From NCBI GenBank assembly GCA_963826785.1, contig CAWGYD010000005.1, positions 128,001 through 192,000 on the forward strand: 64,000 bases of DNA. Direction: 5' to 3'. Positions within the stretch are counted from its first letter, which is position 1, and the number at the start of each line of letters is the position of its first letter. Below are positions 9,009 through 19,283 of this stretch, piece after piece. A program made the position numbers and the translations under genes. Under the pieces are notes generated by a model. The model saw nothing but the letters and a program-made list of their open reading frames with translations. It did no database searches and was not told the DNA's origin. The stretch comes from an uncultured delta proteobacterium (GTDB lineage: Bacteria; Desulfobacterota; Desulfobacteria; Desulfobacterales; Desulfosalsimonadaceae).

Positions 9009-11331
9009 CCGCACCTGAGAAAAAATATGACATCGTGGTGGCCGGGGCCGGGATCAGCGGGATCCACGCGGCCATCGAACTGGCGGAGATGGACTGCCGG
9101 GTGCTGCTGCTTGACCGGGCAAACACCATCGGCGGGCTGCTCATGCAGCTGGACCACCAGTTTCCCGGCAACGGCTGCGGCATGTGCCGCATGCTGCCCA
9201 TGATCGGCACCGACGAGTGCACCAGCACCTGCCTCCGCCGGGGGCTCGACCATGAGCGCATCGATATCATGACCTCCACGGAGATCGCCTCTGTTTCAGG
9301 AAGCCCGGGCGATCTGACCGTCAGTCTGAAAGTGGGCGCAGAGGCAGAGTCAAAATCCATGGAAATCATCGATGTCGGGGCGGTGATTTTCGCCCCCGGG
9401 GTGGAGCTGTTCGATCCGGCTGCCGTGGATGTTTACGGATACGGCGTTTTACCCAATGTGGTGACCGCACTTTCTTTTGAACAGATGTTGAGCAGCAGCG
9501 GCCCGGACGGGGGGAAACTGTTGCGGCCTTCGGACAGGCAGCCGGTCCGGCGCATCGCCTGGGTGCAGTGCGTGGGCTCCCGGAATATCATGCTGGATGC
9601 CCCCCACTGCTCCACCTCCTGCTGCATGTTTGCCGTCAAAGAGGCCATGCTGGCCCGGGAGAAGCTGGGGCCGGATGCGGAGACCACGATCTATTATATG
9701 GATATGCGGACCTTCGGCCGGGATTACCAGCGGTACCGGGACCGGGCCGAGGCATCCGGCGTCCGGTTTGTGCGCTGCCGCATCCACAGCATCGACCCGG
9801 GGGACGCGCCCGGGGATCTGAAGATCACCTATGTGACCCCGGAAGGGGAAAAGAGGGGAAGAGATTCATCGATCTGGCGGTCCTCTCCACCGGCGGGCGA
9901 TCCCTGCGGCAAAATCCCGAATTTGCATCGCATGAAGGGGTGTACACCCTCGAAGCCGGGCCGGATATTAAAGAGATCGCCGAATCGGTTATCCAGGCGC
10001 AGGTGATCGCTGGAAGGGCGTATGAATCCATCCGGCAGGACAGGAGCGAAACGCCGGGGAAAGGCAATGATGCAATATCCCACAGAGATGCGCAGAAAGT
10101 GAAAAAATCCGCCCTGGTGGTGGGCGGCGGCCCGGCCGGGCTCTCCGCCTCCCTGTGCCTGGCCCGGAATGGTGCCGATGTGGTCATCGTGGAAAAAAGC
10201 GACCGCCTGGGCGGAAACCTCCCCCACATTCTTTCCCCGGAAATCCGCTCCGGGATTGAAGAGCTGATCAGTAAAGCAGAAGCGCATCCCCGCATCCGGA
10301 TATTTAAAAAGGCCGAGGTGCTCACCCACGAAGGGATCACCGGCCGCTTTTCTTCCTGCATCCGTCTAGATTCCGGCGAAGAGACGAAAATCGCCCATGG
10401 GGCGGCCGTCCTGGCCATGGGCGGAAATCCGGCCAAAACGAATGCGTACGGCCTGGGTTCGCATGATCAGATCATCACCCAGCTTGAACTGTCGCGCCGC
10501 CTGGACGAAAACGGATCCGGCATGCCGCCAAAAACGGTGGTGATGATCCAGTGCGCCGGCTGCCGGGAGGCGCCGCAAAACTTTTGCAGCCGGATCTGCT
10601 GCACCCATGCCCTTCAAAACGCCGTCCGCATCCGGGAAATGGATCCCAAGGCCCAGGTGTATGTCTTTTACCGGGACATCATGACCATGGGAAATGAAGA
10701 GCAACTTTACACTGAGGCCCGGCAAAAAGGGGTGCTGTTCATCCCCTTTGACAAGGATGACAAGCCAACGGTCAGCCTGGCTTCGGGCAACCCCGAAGTC
10801 ATTGGATATGATCCGGTCATGGGCGAGGAGATCCGCCTGCAGCCGGACCTGGTGGTACTTTCGACCGGTGTTGCGCCTGCGCCCGCTGAAGATCTATCAG
10901 AAATTTTCCGGATCGAACTGACCGAGGACGGGTTTTTGAAAGAGGCCGACACCAAGTGGCGGCCGGTGGATACAATGCGGGCAGGCGTTTTTGCCGCCGG
11001 CCTGGGCCGTGCGCCCTTGAAGGCGGAAGCCGCCATGCGGGAAGGGGAGGCCGCGGCATATCGGGCACTTCGCATTCTGAATCGAAAGATTCTGCTGCCC
11101 AATCAAGTTTCAGCAAATGTTAAGCCGGCGCTCTGCTCTGGCTGCCAGGTGTGCATTCCCGCATGCCCCTATGCGGCCCGCTACCTGGATGCACTCACCG
11201 GTAAAGCCATGGTGGATGCGGCTGCCTGCCAGGGGTGCGGCGCCTGCGTGGCCGCCTGTCCTAATAAGGCGAGTTATCTGCTCAGCAATGAAGATGCAAA
11301 GATTACGGAATTGATTGAAGAGATATTATGA
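9005..11331 (+). CDS. HdrA-like flavoprotein with two FAD modules (HdrL/BamE-like), split by a frameshift near 9850-9865
   Basis: TTG 9005 overlaps the previous stop; AGAGISG, FPGNGCGMC, QCVGSR, CSTSCCM; then in another frame GGGPAG, QCAGCR, CSRICC, C-terminal CSGCQVC/CQGCGAC. The shift falls in the A/G-rich run ggaaggggaaaagaggggaagag. Confidence 0.85.
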
Positions 11332-12556
11332 AGATTACCGAACGCAAACCCTCAGACATCGCCCAGAACGCTCCCAGCCGACCCGCCGGAAGCAATACCT
11401 GGACATGTGCCTCTCCTGCGGCACGTGCTCGGCCGGGTGCCCCATCACCGGCATGAGCGGATTCGATCCCCGCAAGATCGTGCGCATGGTCCTCTATGGC
11501 CGGGACCGGGAACTGGTGGACTCAAAGCTTCCCTGGCTGTGCACCATGTGCGGCAAATGCGAGCACGCCTGCCCCATGGGGATCAACATCGTCAACATCA
11601 TCCGCACGGTCCGGGGCATGGTGGACCGGGAGGCGGTGCCGGGGATGATCCACAAGGGGGTGGAGCTGGGGCTTGAGACCGGCAACAACCTGGGCCTTCC
11701 GGCCGAGGATTTCCAGTTTATCATCGAGGATGTGGCCGAGGAACTGGCGGCCGAACCCGGGTTTGAAGATTTTACCATCCAGTTCGACAAGAAGGGCGCC
11801 AACCTGCTCCACACCCTGCACAACAAACTGGTCAACACCCAGAACGAGGACCTGGTCCACTGGTGGAAGATTTTCCATATGGCCGGCGAGGACTTCACCA
11901 TCCCCAGCACCAACTGGGAGGGGGTGAACTGGGGCCTGTTCTCCGGGGACGATGCCGCCATGAAAACTTTTGTGGGCCGAATCGTCGAGCACATGGAGCA
12001 GCTGGAGGTCAAAAACCTCATGTACCCGGAATGAGGGCACGCCTACATGGCAACCCGGTTCGGGCTGCAAAAATGGTTTCCGGATTTCTTCGAGCGCTTC
12101 GGCACATACACGGTATTCGATCTGCTGGTGGACTACATTCAGTCCGGCCGGATCACCCTGGACAAATCGGTCATCACCCAGAGGGCCGCCTACCATGATC
12201 CCTGCAATTACGGCCGCAAGTCCGAGGAGCTTTTCGGCCACGGGTACTTCGAGGAGCCCCGCTGGGTGATGGACCAGTGCATTGCCGACTGGGTGGACCT
12301 TTTCCCCGCAAAAGGCAACCAGTACTGCTGCGGCGGGGGAGGGGGGACGCTGCTCACCCCCTACAAGGAGGAGCGCTTCCATTACGGCCAAAAAAAGATC
12401 GAACAGATCAGACGCACCGGCGCCCAACTGATCGTCGTCCCCTGTCACTCCTGCCACGGCCAGATCAAGGCCCTTTTGGAGGCGCATGACCTATCCGAAA
12501 TCCAGGTCAAATACCTGTGGGAAGTGGTGGCCGATGCCCTGGTGACTGGCAAATAA
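11328..12556 (+). CDS. HdrD/GlpC-like Fe-S/CCG oxidoreductase, predicted selenoprotein (Sec at TGA 12032-12034)
   Basis: ORFs 11315-12034 and 12047-12556 are in one frame joined by YPE-TGA-GHAY; CLSCGTCSAGCP, CTMCGKCEHACP, HDPCN, YCCGGGGG, PCHSC. ATG 11328 (ATGA overlap) needs one frameshift before ~11395. Confidence 0.85.
12035..12077 (+). promoter_or_regulatory. Bacterial SECIS-like hairpin
   Basis: After the UGA: GCA-a-CCCG-GTT-CGGG-c-TGC stem (12050-12068); the apical loop starts with GU about 23-24 nt from the UGA. Confidence 0.72.
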
Positions 12557-12778
12557 AGTTTTTTTTCAAATTTGCGGCTGTTAAAAACATCAACGAAACT
12601 CGACCACCTGATTCTTCTACACTCAAACGAAGCGCTGATAATCTTCTTCCTGAATAAAGCTTCACTAATTTCCCTTCCAAGTTGTATGCCCCCTCATTTC
12701 TTGTAATTTTGAGTAATTTTTTGTTTCCGAAATCCTCTCCGGTTATGCGTATCAGAACAAATTTTGGGATGGCTTAAC

Positions 12779-12811
12779 AAAAATTGTCACTTTAACAAGC
12801 TGACATTTTTT
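12779..12811. promoter_or_regulatory. Palindromic candidate enhancer (bEBP binding site)
   Basis: AAAAATTGTCA-N11-TGACATTTTTT, ~110-140 bp upstream of a sigma-54 -24/-12 element. Confidence 0.5.
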
Positions 12812-12918
12812 ATTCGCACAATTTGCATTGAGACTTCTTATTAAAAGCTGATAACTAAGAATCTAATATTTCATATGTTAATCTATTGAATAGATTTAAA
12901 TTATAGATAAGTCCCGTT

Positions 12919-12935
12919 ACGGCATAATATTTGCA
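12919..12935 (+). promoter_or_regulatory. Sigma-54 (-24/-12) promoter
   Basis: ACGGCATAATATTTGCA: GG 12921-22, 10-nt spacer, GC 12933-34; the predicted TSS (~12946) lies just before the riboswitch. Confidence 0.65.
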
Positions 12936-12964
12936 AATTCAATTTTGTTTAGATCAATTTAAAC

Positions 12965-13040
12965 GATATTTTTAGGCCAAAACCATCGCGAGGTGGTGAC
13001 GGAAAGCCACGGGTCTTACAGAGACAGCCGGGTTGCATGA
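12965..13040 (+). ncRNA. Cyclic di-GMP-I (GEMM-I) riboswitch aptamer
   Basis: GGCCAAA-ACCATC-GCGA-GGTGGT-GACGGAAAGCC-ACGGGTCT-TACAG-AGACAGCCGGGTTGC: GNRA-capped P1, GAC..AAA junction and P2 match the GEMM-I architecture. Confidence 0.9.
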
Positions 13041-13069
13041 AACACCAGTGCACACCCGGTTTTTTATTT
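13028..13069 (+). terminator. Intrinsic terminator overlapping the riboswitch 3' strand (expression platform)
   Basis: GCCGGGTTGCA...TGCACACCCGGT followed by TTTTTATTT. Confidence 0.8.
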
Positions 13070-13165
13070 GGAGGAAGAAATCGGATAAAAACCTAATAAC
13101 TGCATAATTTAATTTTTCTATAATCAATCTGTTTTTTTCAGTCAACTCTTTGAGGGGAGGGTTCC

Positions 13166-16100
13166 ATGAAGAAGTTCAGCTGCAGGACCGGTTTGGCCGG
13201 TTCCAGACCCAACATCAGCAACCATCACATCCACTTCGTCAAAATTCTACTGTTTTTATCACTATGTCTATTCATGTGCAGTGCCCCCGGTATAACTGTG
13301 GCCGCCCTGGCTGCGCCTTTCGAATGGCCGAGCTCTTGGGAACTGATTTATACCGATGAGCCCCAGAGTGGATGCACTCCTGAAAGAGACATCCGGGAAA
13401 TTTATCATAATTATGATTATGACACCGGATACTATTTTTTACGCATGCGCTGTGCCGGGACTGTGGGTTGGGCGCCAGGAGGCAATTGGAACGGGGTGCG
13501 TTACAAATGGTTTTTCGATGGAGACGGCAACGGAACTTACCAGGGGGGGAAAGCACTAAATTATGAAATTACCTTTGTCGTGGAAGATACGGACAGCGAA
13601 AATCCTTCTGACAAGGGCGACGGTCTGGGCGAGATTTATCTTTATATTGGAGGCGTTTTACAGCTGGGTCCCCTGGACGGAAGCGGAACACCGGGACTTG
13701 CAGGAGCAGGTGAAACCCAGGGCGTAAAAGGTGAAATCGGGTACCGGCTGGTGGATAATAATTATATCGATATGTACATCTCCTATGACCTGATGCCCGA
13801 CATTCGACGAATATTCAGATATCGCCCAGATATTCTTTGCCACCGACAATGAACAGGGCCAACTCCAATCCGCATCAGACTGCGATCGTCCTGGTGACTT
13901 CTTTACCCCCGAACCGGGAATTGACATTGCCAAAACAATATTGGACGTCGATAGCGAAGGGGCGACGGCAAGCGTGGATGAGGTCGGAGATATCATCACG
14001 TACCAGGTGGTGGTGACCAACACCGGAAATGTCGACCTGAACGGGGTTTTACTTTCGGACACACTTGTTCCTGCAGTCGGTTCAGAAGCCGAATCCATTA
14101 CCGACAATGACATCCTTGAAATCGGCGAATCCTGGACATGGACATATACCTATTCCGCCACACAATCCGATATTGATACGAACGGCGGCGGATCGGGCTA
14201 TATTCAAAATACGGCGACCGTGAGCACTGATGAAATCGCGGATCAAAGTTCAAGCGCAGCGGTTCCCATCAATCAAAACCCCGCGTATACCATCGAAAAA
14301 TCTGTAACTGATGTGGATGGAGCGGGCGCCACCGGCCATGTGGATGCGGCCGGGGATGTAATCGCCTATCAAATCGTGATCACCAACACCGGCAACCAGA
14401 CATTGACCGGCGTATCCGTTAATGATCCCCTACTCGGAAGCCTTACAGGTCCGACAGAATCGCTTGTTATTGATGGTGATCTGGCGGTGGGCGAAACATG
14501 GACATACACTGGCAGCTATACCGCACTGCAGTCGGATATTGATAATAATGGCGGCGGCGACGGCGATATCGACAATACCGCCACCGTGGACTGCAATCAA
14601 CTCGATGCTGAAACCGACAGCGCAGAAGTCATTCTGGACCAGAACGCCTCATACACCATCACCAAGGAAGTGACCGATGTGGATGGCGGAGGACCTTCGG
14701 CCCATGCCGATGCAGCGGGTGACGTGATCGCCTATCGAATTTCGGTGGAAAACACAGGTAATACGAGCCTGACCGGGATTACCCTTAATGATTCGCTCCT
14801 AGGATCTCTGTCCGTTCCTTCGGGAGACACCACAAATCCGGGCACTCTGGATGTGGGCGAAACATGGATATACACTGGCAGCTATACCGTGCTGCAGTCG
14901 GATATTGATAATAATGGCGGCGGCGACGGCGATATCGACAATACCGCCACCGTGGACTGCAATGAGCTTGGTGCTGAAACCGACAGCGCTGCGGTTATTC
15001 TGGATCAGAATGCCTCATACACCATCACCAAGGAAGTGACCGATGTGGATGGCGGAGGACCTTCGGCCCATGCCAATGAAGCCGGGGATGTGATTGACTA
15101 CCGGATATCGGTGGAGAACACCGGCAATACGAGCCTGACCGGAGTAACACTTAATGATTCGCTCCTCGGGGCTCTGTCCGCTCCTTCGGGGGACAACACC
15201 AATCCGGGCACTCTGGATGTGGGCGAAACCTGGGTTTACATCGACTCCTACACCGTGCTGCAGTCGGATATTGACAACAATGGCGGCGGTGACGGCGACA
15301 TCGATAATACCGCCACCGTGGACTGCAATGAACTGGATGCTGAAACCGACAGCGTAGCGGTTATTCTGGATCAGAACCCTTCATATAACATTGTAAAAAC
15401 AGTTACCGACGTCGGCGGCGGCGGACCTTCGGGCAGTGTCGATGCAGCAGGAGATGTGATCAGTTACCGGATATCGGTGGAAAATACCGGAACACAAGCT
15501 TGACCGGGGTATCTGTTACGGACCCGCTCCTCGGAAGCCTGTCCGCTCCCACGGGTGACAGCACCAATCCGGGGACTCTGGATGTGGGTGAAACCTGGGT
15601 TTACACCGGCTCCTACACCGTGCAGCAGTCGGATATTGACAATAATGGCGGCGGCGACGGAGATATCGACAATACGGCCACTGTCAACTGCAGTGAATTG
15701 AGTGCCGAATCTGACAGTGCGGCTGTTCCTGTGTCTGGTTCTCCTTCGTATTCCATTATTAAGGAAGTGACCGACGTGGATGGCGGCGGACCTTTGGCCC
15801 ATGCCAGTGAAGCAGGCGATGTAATCGACTATCGAATTTCGGTTGAAAACACCGGCAATACAAGCCTCACCGGCTTAACCCTCGATGATTCGCTCCTCGG
15901 AACTTTGACCGTTTCCTCCGGTGATACCACCAATCCTAATGTTCTGGACGTGAACGAAACCTGGGTCTACATCGGCAGCTACACCGTAATACAGTCGGAT
16001 ATTGACAATAATGGCGGCGGTGACGGCGACATCGACAATACCGCCACCGTGGACTGCAATGAACTGGATGCTGAAACAGACAGCGCTGCGGTCATTCTGG

Positions 16101-17694
16101 ATCAGAATGCCTCATACATCACCACCAAAACGGTCACCGATGTGGATGGCGGCGGACCTTCAGCCCATGCCAATGAAGCCGGCGATGTCATCACTTATCA
16201 AATTTCGGTTGAAAACACCGGCAATACGAGCCTGACCGGGGTAACCGTCAACGACCCGCTCCTCGGAGCTCTATTCACTCCCACAGGGGACAACACCAAT
16301 CCGGGTATTCTGGATGTGGGCGAAACATGGGTTTATACCGGCTCCTACACGGTGACACAGTCGGATCTTGACAATAATGGCGGCGGCGACGGCGACATCG
16401 ACAACACGGCCACCACGGACTGCAATGAACTCGATGCTGAAACCGACAGCGTAGCGGTCATTCTGGATCAGAATGCCTCATATACCATCACCAAGACGGT
16501 CACCGACGTGGATGGGGGCGGATCTTCTGCCCATGCCAATGCAGCCGGGGATGTCATCACTTATCAGATTTCGGTGGTAAACACCGGCAATACAAGCCTG
16601 ACCGGCATATCCGTCAACGATCCCCTCCTTGGAAGCTTGTCCGGCCCCACAGGCGATAGCACCAATGTTGGTACCTGGATGTGGCCGAAACATGGGTTTA
16701 CACCGGCTCCTACACAGTGGTGCAGTCGGATATTGACAATAATGGCGGCGGCGACGGCGATATTGACAATACCGTCACCGTGGACTGCAATGAACTGGAT
16801 GCTGAATCCGACAGTGCAGCGGTCATTCTGGACCAGAATGCATCATATGTCATTACAAAGACGGTTACCGACGTGGATGGTGGCGGCGCAACCGCTCATG
16901 TCGATGCCGTTGGTGACATCATCGCTTACCAGATAGTGGTGACCAATACCGGGAATGCCAACATTACCGGGGTTTCAGTAAGTGATCCGCTTCTTGGGGC
17001 GATGAATGGGCTGGTTGAATCGATTGCAAGTGACAGCATTCTGCAAATCAATGAAACCTGGACATATACCGGAAGTTATACAGTGCTGCAGTTGGATATT
17101 GACAATAATGGCGGTGGCGACGGAGATATCGACAATATGGCCACTTTGAGCAGCAACGAATTGTCGGATAAAACCGATGCGGTATCCGTGGCAATTGATT
17201 ATAACCCGGCGTACACCCTTTCCAAAACCATCGCGGATGTCGGCGGGAACGGCCCAACTGGTGTGGTCAAATCCGCCGGAACTGCCATTACATACAATAT
17301 TGTTCTGACCAATACCGGAAATTCGGCTTTAACCGGCGTATTACTGAGCAATCAAACCGCCACGCTTGGGGGGATAACCGAATCCGTCAGCGCCAATGGC
17401 ATTCTGGATGTCGGCGAACAGTGGACGTGTACCGCCACATACTTGGTGACTCAATCGGATATCGACAATAGAGGTATTGATGCAACTGGTGCCGCAGATG
17501 GAGATGGTGATATTGACAGCACCACCACGGCCGACTGTAATGAATTGTCTGCAATATACGCCAGTGCAGCAGTCCGGATCTACGCTTATGTCAGCATCCC
17601 CACCTTAAACGAATGGGGCATGATCATCATGTCCATCCTGATGCTGGGCTTTACCATCTATTTTATGAGGCGCAGCAAATCACAGGAAATTTAA
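13166..17694 (+). CDS. Large exported surface protein (~1,500 aa) with ten DUF11-like Ig repeats and a C-terminal IPTL-CTERM sorting signal; three apparent single-base frameshifts (~13798, ~15491, ~16675)
   Basis: GGAGG RBS; hydrophobic N-terminal segment; four consecutive ORFs stitch together; C-terminus SIPTLNEWGMIIMSILMLGFTIYFMRRSK. The shifts at 15491 and 16675 are missing bases relative to sister repeats. Confidence 0.85.
13912..17575 (+). repeat. Tandem coding repeat, 10 x 366 bp (122 aa)
   Basis: atacaccatcaccaaggaagtgaccgatgtgg at 14651 and 15017 (366 apart); unit YTITKEVTDVDGGG...ENTGNTSLTG...QSDIDNNGGGDGDIDNTATVDCNEL. Confidence 0.92.
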
Positions 17695-17717
17695 ATTTCA
17701 ATCCATAACATAAGATT

Positions 17718-17752
17718 CAGAATGGGCGGTTCTTTGAACCGCCCATTCTGTT
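17718..17752 (+). terminator. Terminator-like hairpin after the surface-protein gene
   Basis: CAGAATGGGCGGTTC-TTT-GAACCGCCCATTCTG, perfect 15-bp stem. Confidence 0.75.
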
Positions 17753-17841
17753 AAATACACTTCCTTTTCATCTCCAAATCTCTTCAGCACGGTATTTTTG
17801 CCCTCACTAAATGATCTCTCAGCAACCTGTTCTGCGTATCC

Positions 17842-17953
17842 CGTCAATCGACAATTTTGACGAAAAGATCTTAAATTGTCGAAATAAGACCGCTCGATTT
17901 TCGATTCAACCATCTGTGTTTTAAGTGAATTCAATATTGGCATGATTATTGAT
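17842..17953 (+). promoter_or_regulatory. Candidate enhancer palindromes plus sigma-54-like promoter for the 18.2-23.7 kb operon
   Basis: TCGACAATTT-N15-AAATTGTCGA (17848-17882), CGTCAA-N9-TTGACG (17842-17862), and TGGCATGATTATTGAT (17938-17953; GA instead of GC at -12). Confidence 0.45.
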
Positions 17954-18179
17954 ATGTATTTAAGCAATAATCACGCTTGGCAATAGGGAATCCCCCAACA
18001 TCAAAAACACAGAAACAGCAGAACAAGCCCGGAGCCGGTCAGGCCTTGTCTGTCCATGATGATACGCGCATGGCCCAGCTCTCCGTTTAAAATATCCCCT
18101 TGAGCGTGCCTTTTCGTGGCACGCTCAAGGGGAGACAAAACCAGCTGCCTTATTCCCACATTTTAAGAAGGAGATTCGT

Positions 18180-18593
18180 ATGCGCAACTCAGAAAACAAG
18201 ATGGGAAAGTTATGCGTTCGAACCGCATGGATTTTTGCTGCAATTCTGTTGTTGTTACCTGCGGCTTCCAGTGCATTCGAAATTGAGATCGATGTAACTC
18301 CGAATGTACTGAATCTGTCCAGCAACGGGGAGGTGGTGACGGTCCACACCAACATTGAGTATGGATGGGTGGATGTTTCCTCATTGTATCTCGATGGCTT
18401 GCCCATCAGCAGCTGGAAGGCAGATGACCGCGGATATTTTGTGGCCAAATTCTTGATGGAGGATATCAAAGGTCTGCCGCTTGTCATTGATGAGCCGAAT
18501 ACTTTCAAATTGGTGGGTTTGACCACCAATGGAATTGCATTCTGGGGTGAAGAAGACGTTTTGATCATCCAAATGCTTCCGAAAGGAAGATAA
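18180..18593 (+). CDS. Exported hypothetical protein (beta-rich)
   Basis: AAGGAG RBS; signal peptide ending ASSA; mature FEIEIDVTPNVLNLSSNG. Confidence 0.7.
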   Translation: MRNSENKMGKLCVRTAWIFAAILLLLPAASSAFEIEIDVTPNVLNLSSNGEVVTVHTNIEYGWVDVSSLYLDGLPISSWKADDRGYFVAKFLMEDIKGLPLVIDEPNTFKLVGLTTNGIAFWGEEDVLIIQMLPKGR

Positions 18594-18624
18594 TCCCAAA
18601 ACCCAAAACAAAAAGGAGAAGCAG

Positions 18625-19134
18625 ATGAAGAACAGAAGAAAATGGATTGCCGCAGTGATGATGATCAGTTTGATCATGGCCGCGCCTGCACTGGCCGGAA
18701 AAGGTGCCTGCCCGATGACGCAGCAGCAGTCACAGACGCAGGCAGGGACACAGGTACGGCAATGCACTCAGTCCCAACAGCAATACTGCCAGCAGAACTT
18801 CGGACAGACCTGCCCCCTGATTTCCGAGGGGGAGCCGGTGGTCATCACCGGGACCGTATACGAAGATTCCTATGCGGGCAGCGGGTTGATCCTGGATACC
18901 AATGCCGAGGAAAATACAGTCATCTACGGCATCGGCCCCCAGTGGTACTGGGACCAGGTCGGGGTTTCCAAACCTGCGGTGGGGGAAACCGTCACGGTCG
19001 ATGCCCTGGTCCTCACTTACAGCGACGGCACCCAGAAAATAATTGCCACCACCATCACCATCGGCGAAATTTCAATCGATCTGCGTGATGTGGATGGAAA
19101 ACCCCTGTGGCGGTATGCCGGCCGGCAGCTTTAA
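18625..19134 (+). CDS. Exported protein with Gln/Cys-rich linker and OB-fold-like C-terminal domain
   Basis: AAGGAG RBS; signal peptide ending PALA; ITGTV...YGIGPQWYW...VGETVTV...LRDVDGKPLW. Confidence 0.72.
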   Translation: MKNRRKWIAAVMMISLIMAAPALAGKGACPMTQQQSQTQAGTQVRQCTQSQQQYCQQNFGQTCPLISEGEPVVITGTVYEDSYAGSGLILDTNAEENTVIYGIGPQWYWDQVGVSKPAVGETVTVDALVLTYSDGTQKIIATTITIGEISIDLRDVDGKPLWRYAGRQL

Positions 19135-19283
19135 AAATCATATTCAAAAAGAATGGATGGGGGAAGTTGCGCATCTTCCCCCATCTGTTTTGGTGATCGG
19201 TTTTGTTGAAAATGGCCGGCGCTTGACGCGGCCACGGTTATGTGAAATAAATATAACAGGAAAACAAACGGTTGAATGTTTAT

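Noticed and set aside
12965..13040. 3',3'-cGAMP (GEMM-Ib) specificity
   Set aside because: The scaffold is Geobacter-like, but the base aligned to Vc2 position 20 is G, not A; the GGDEF protein in the window also has the canonical Asp (GHDEGD). Not excluded without a binding assay.
13912..17575. Diversity-generating retroelement or shufflon in the repeats
   Set aside because: No reverse transcriptase or invertase nearby, and the differences between copies are not visibly adenine-specific; these are ordinary tandem domain repeats.
17698..17967. 89-aa ORF on the minus strand
   Set aside because: It runs across a terminator and candidate promoter elements and has no recognisable motif.
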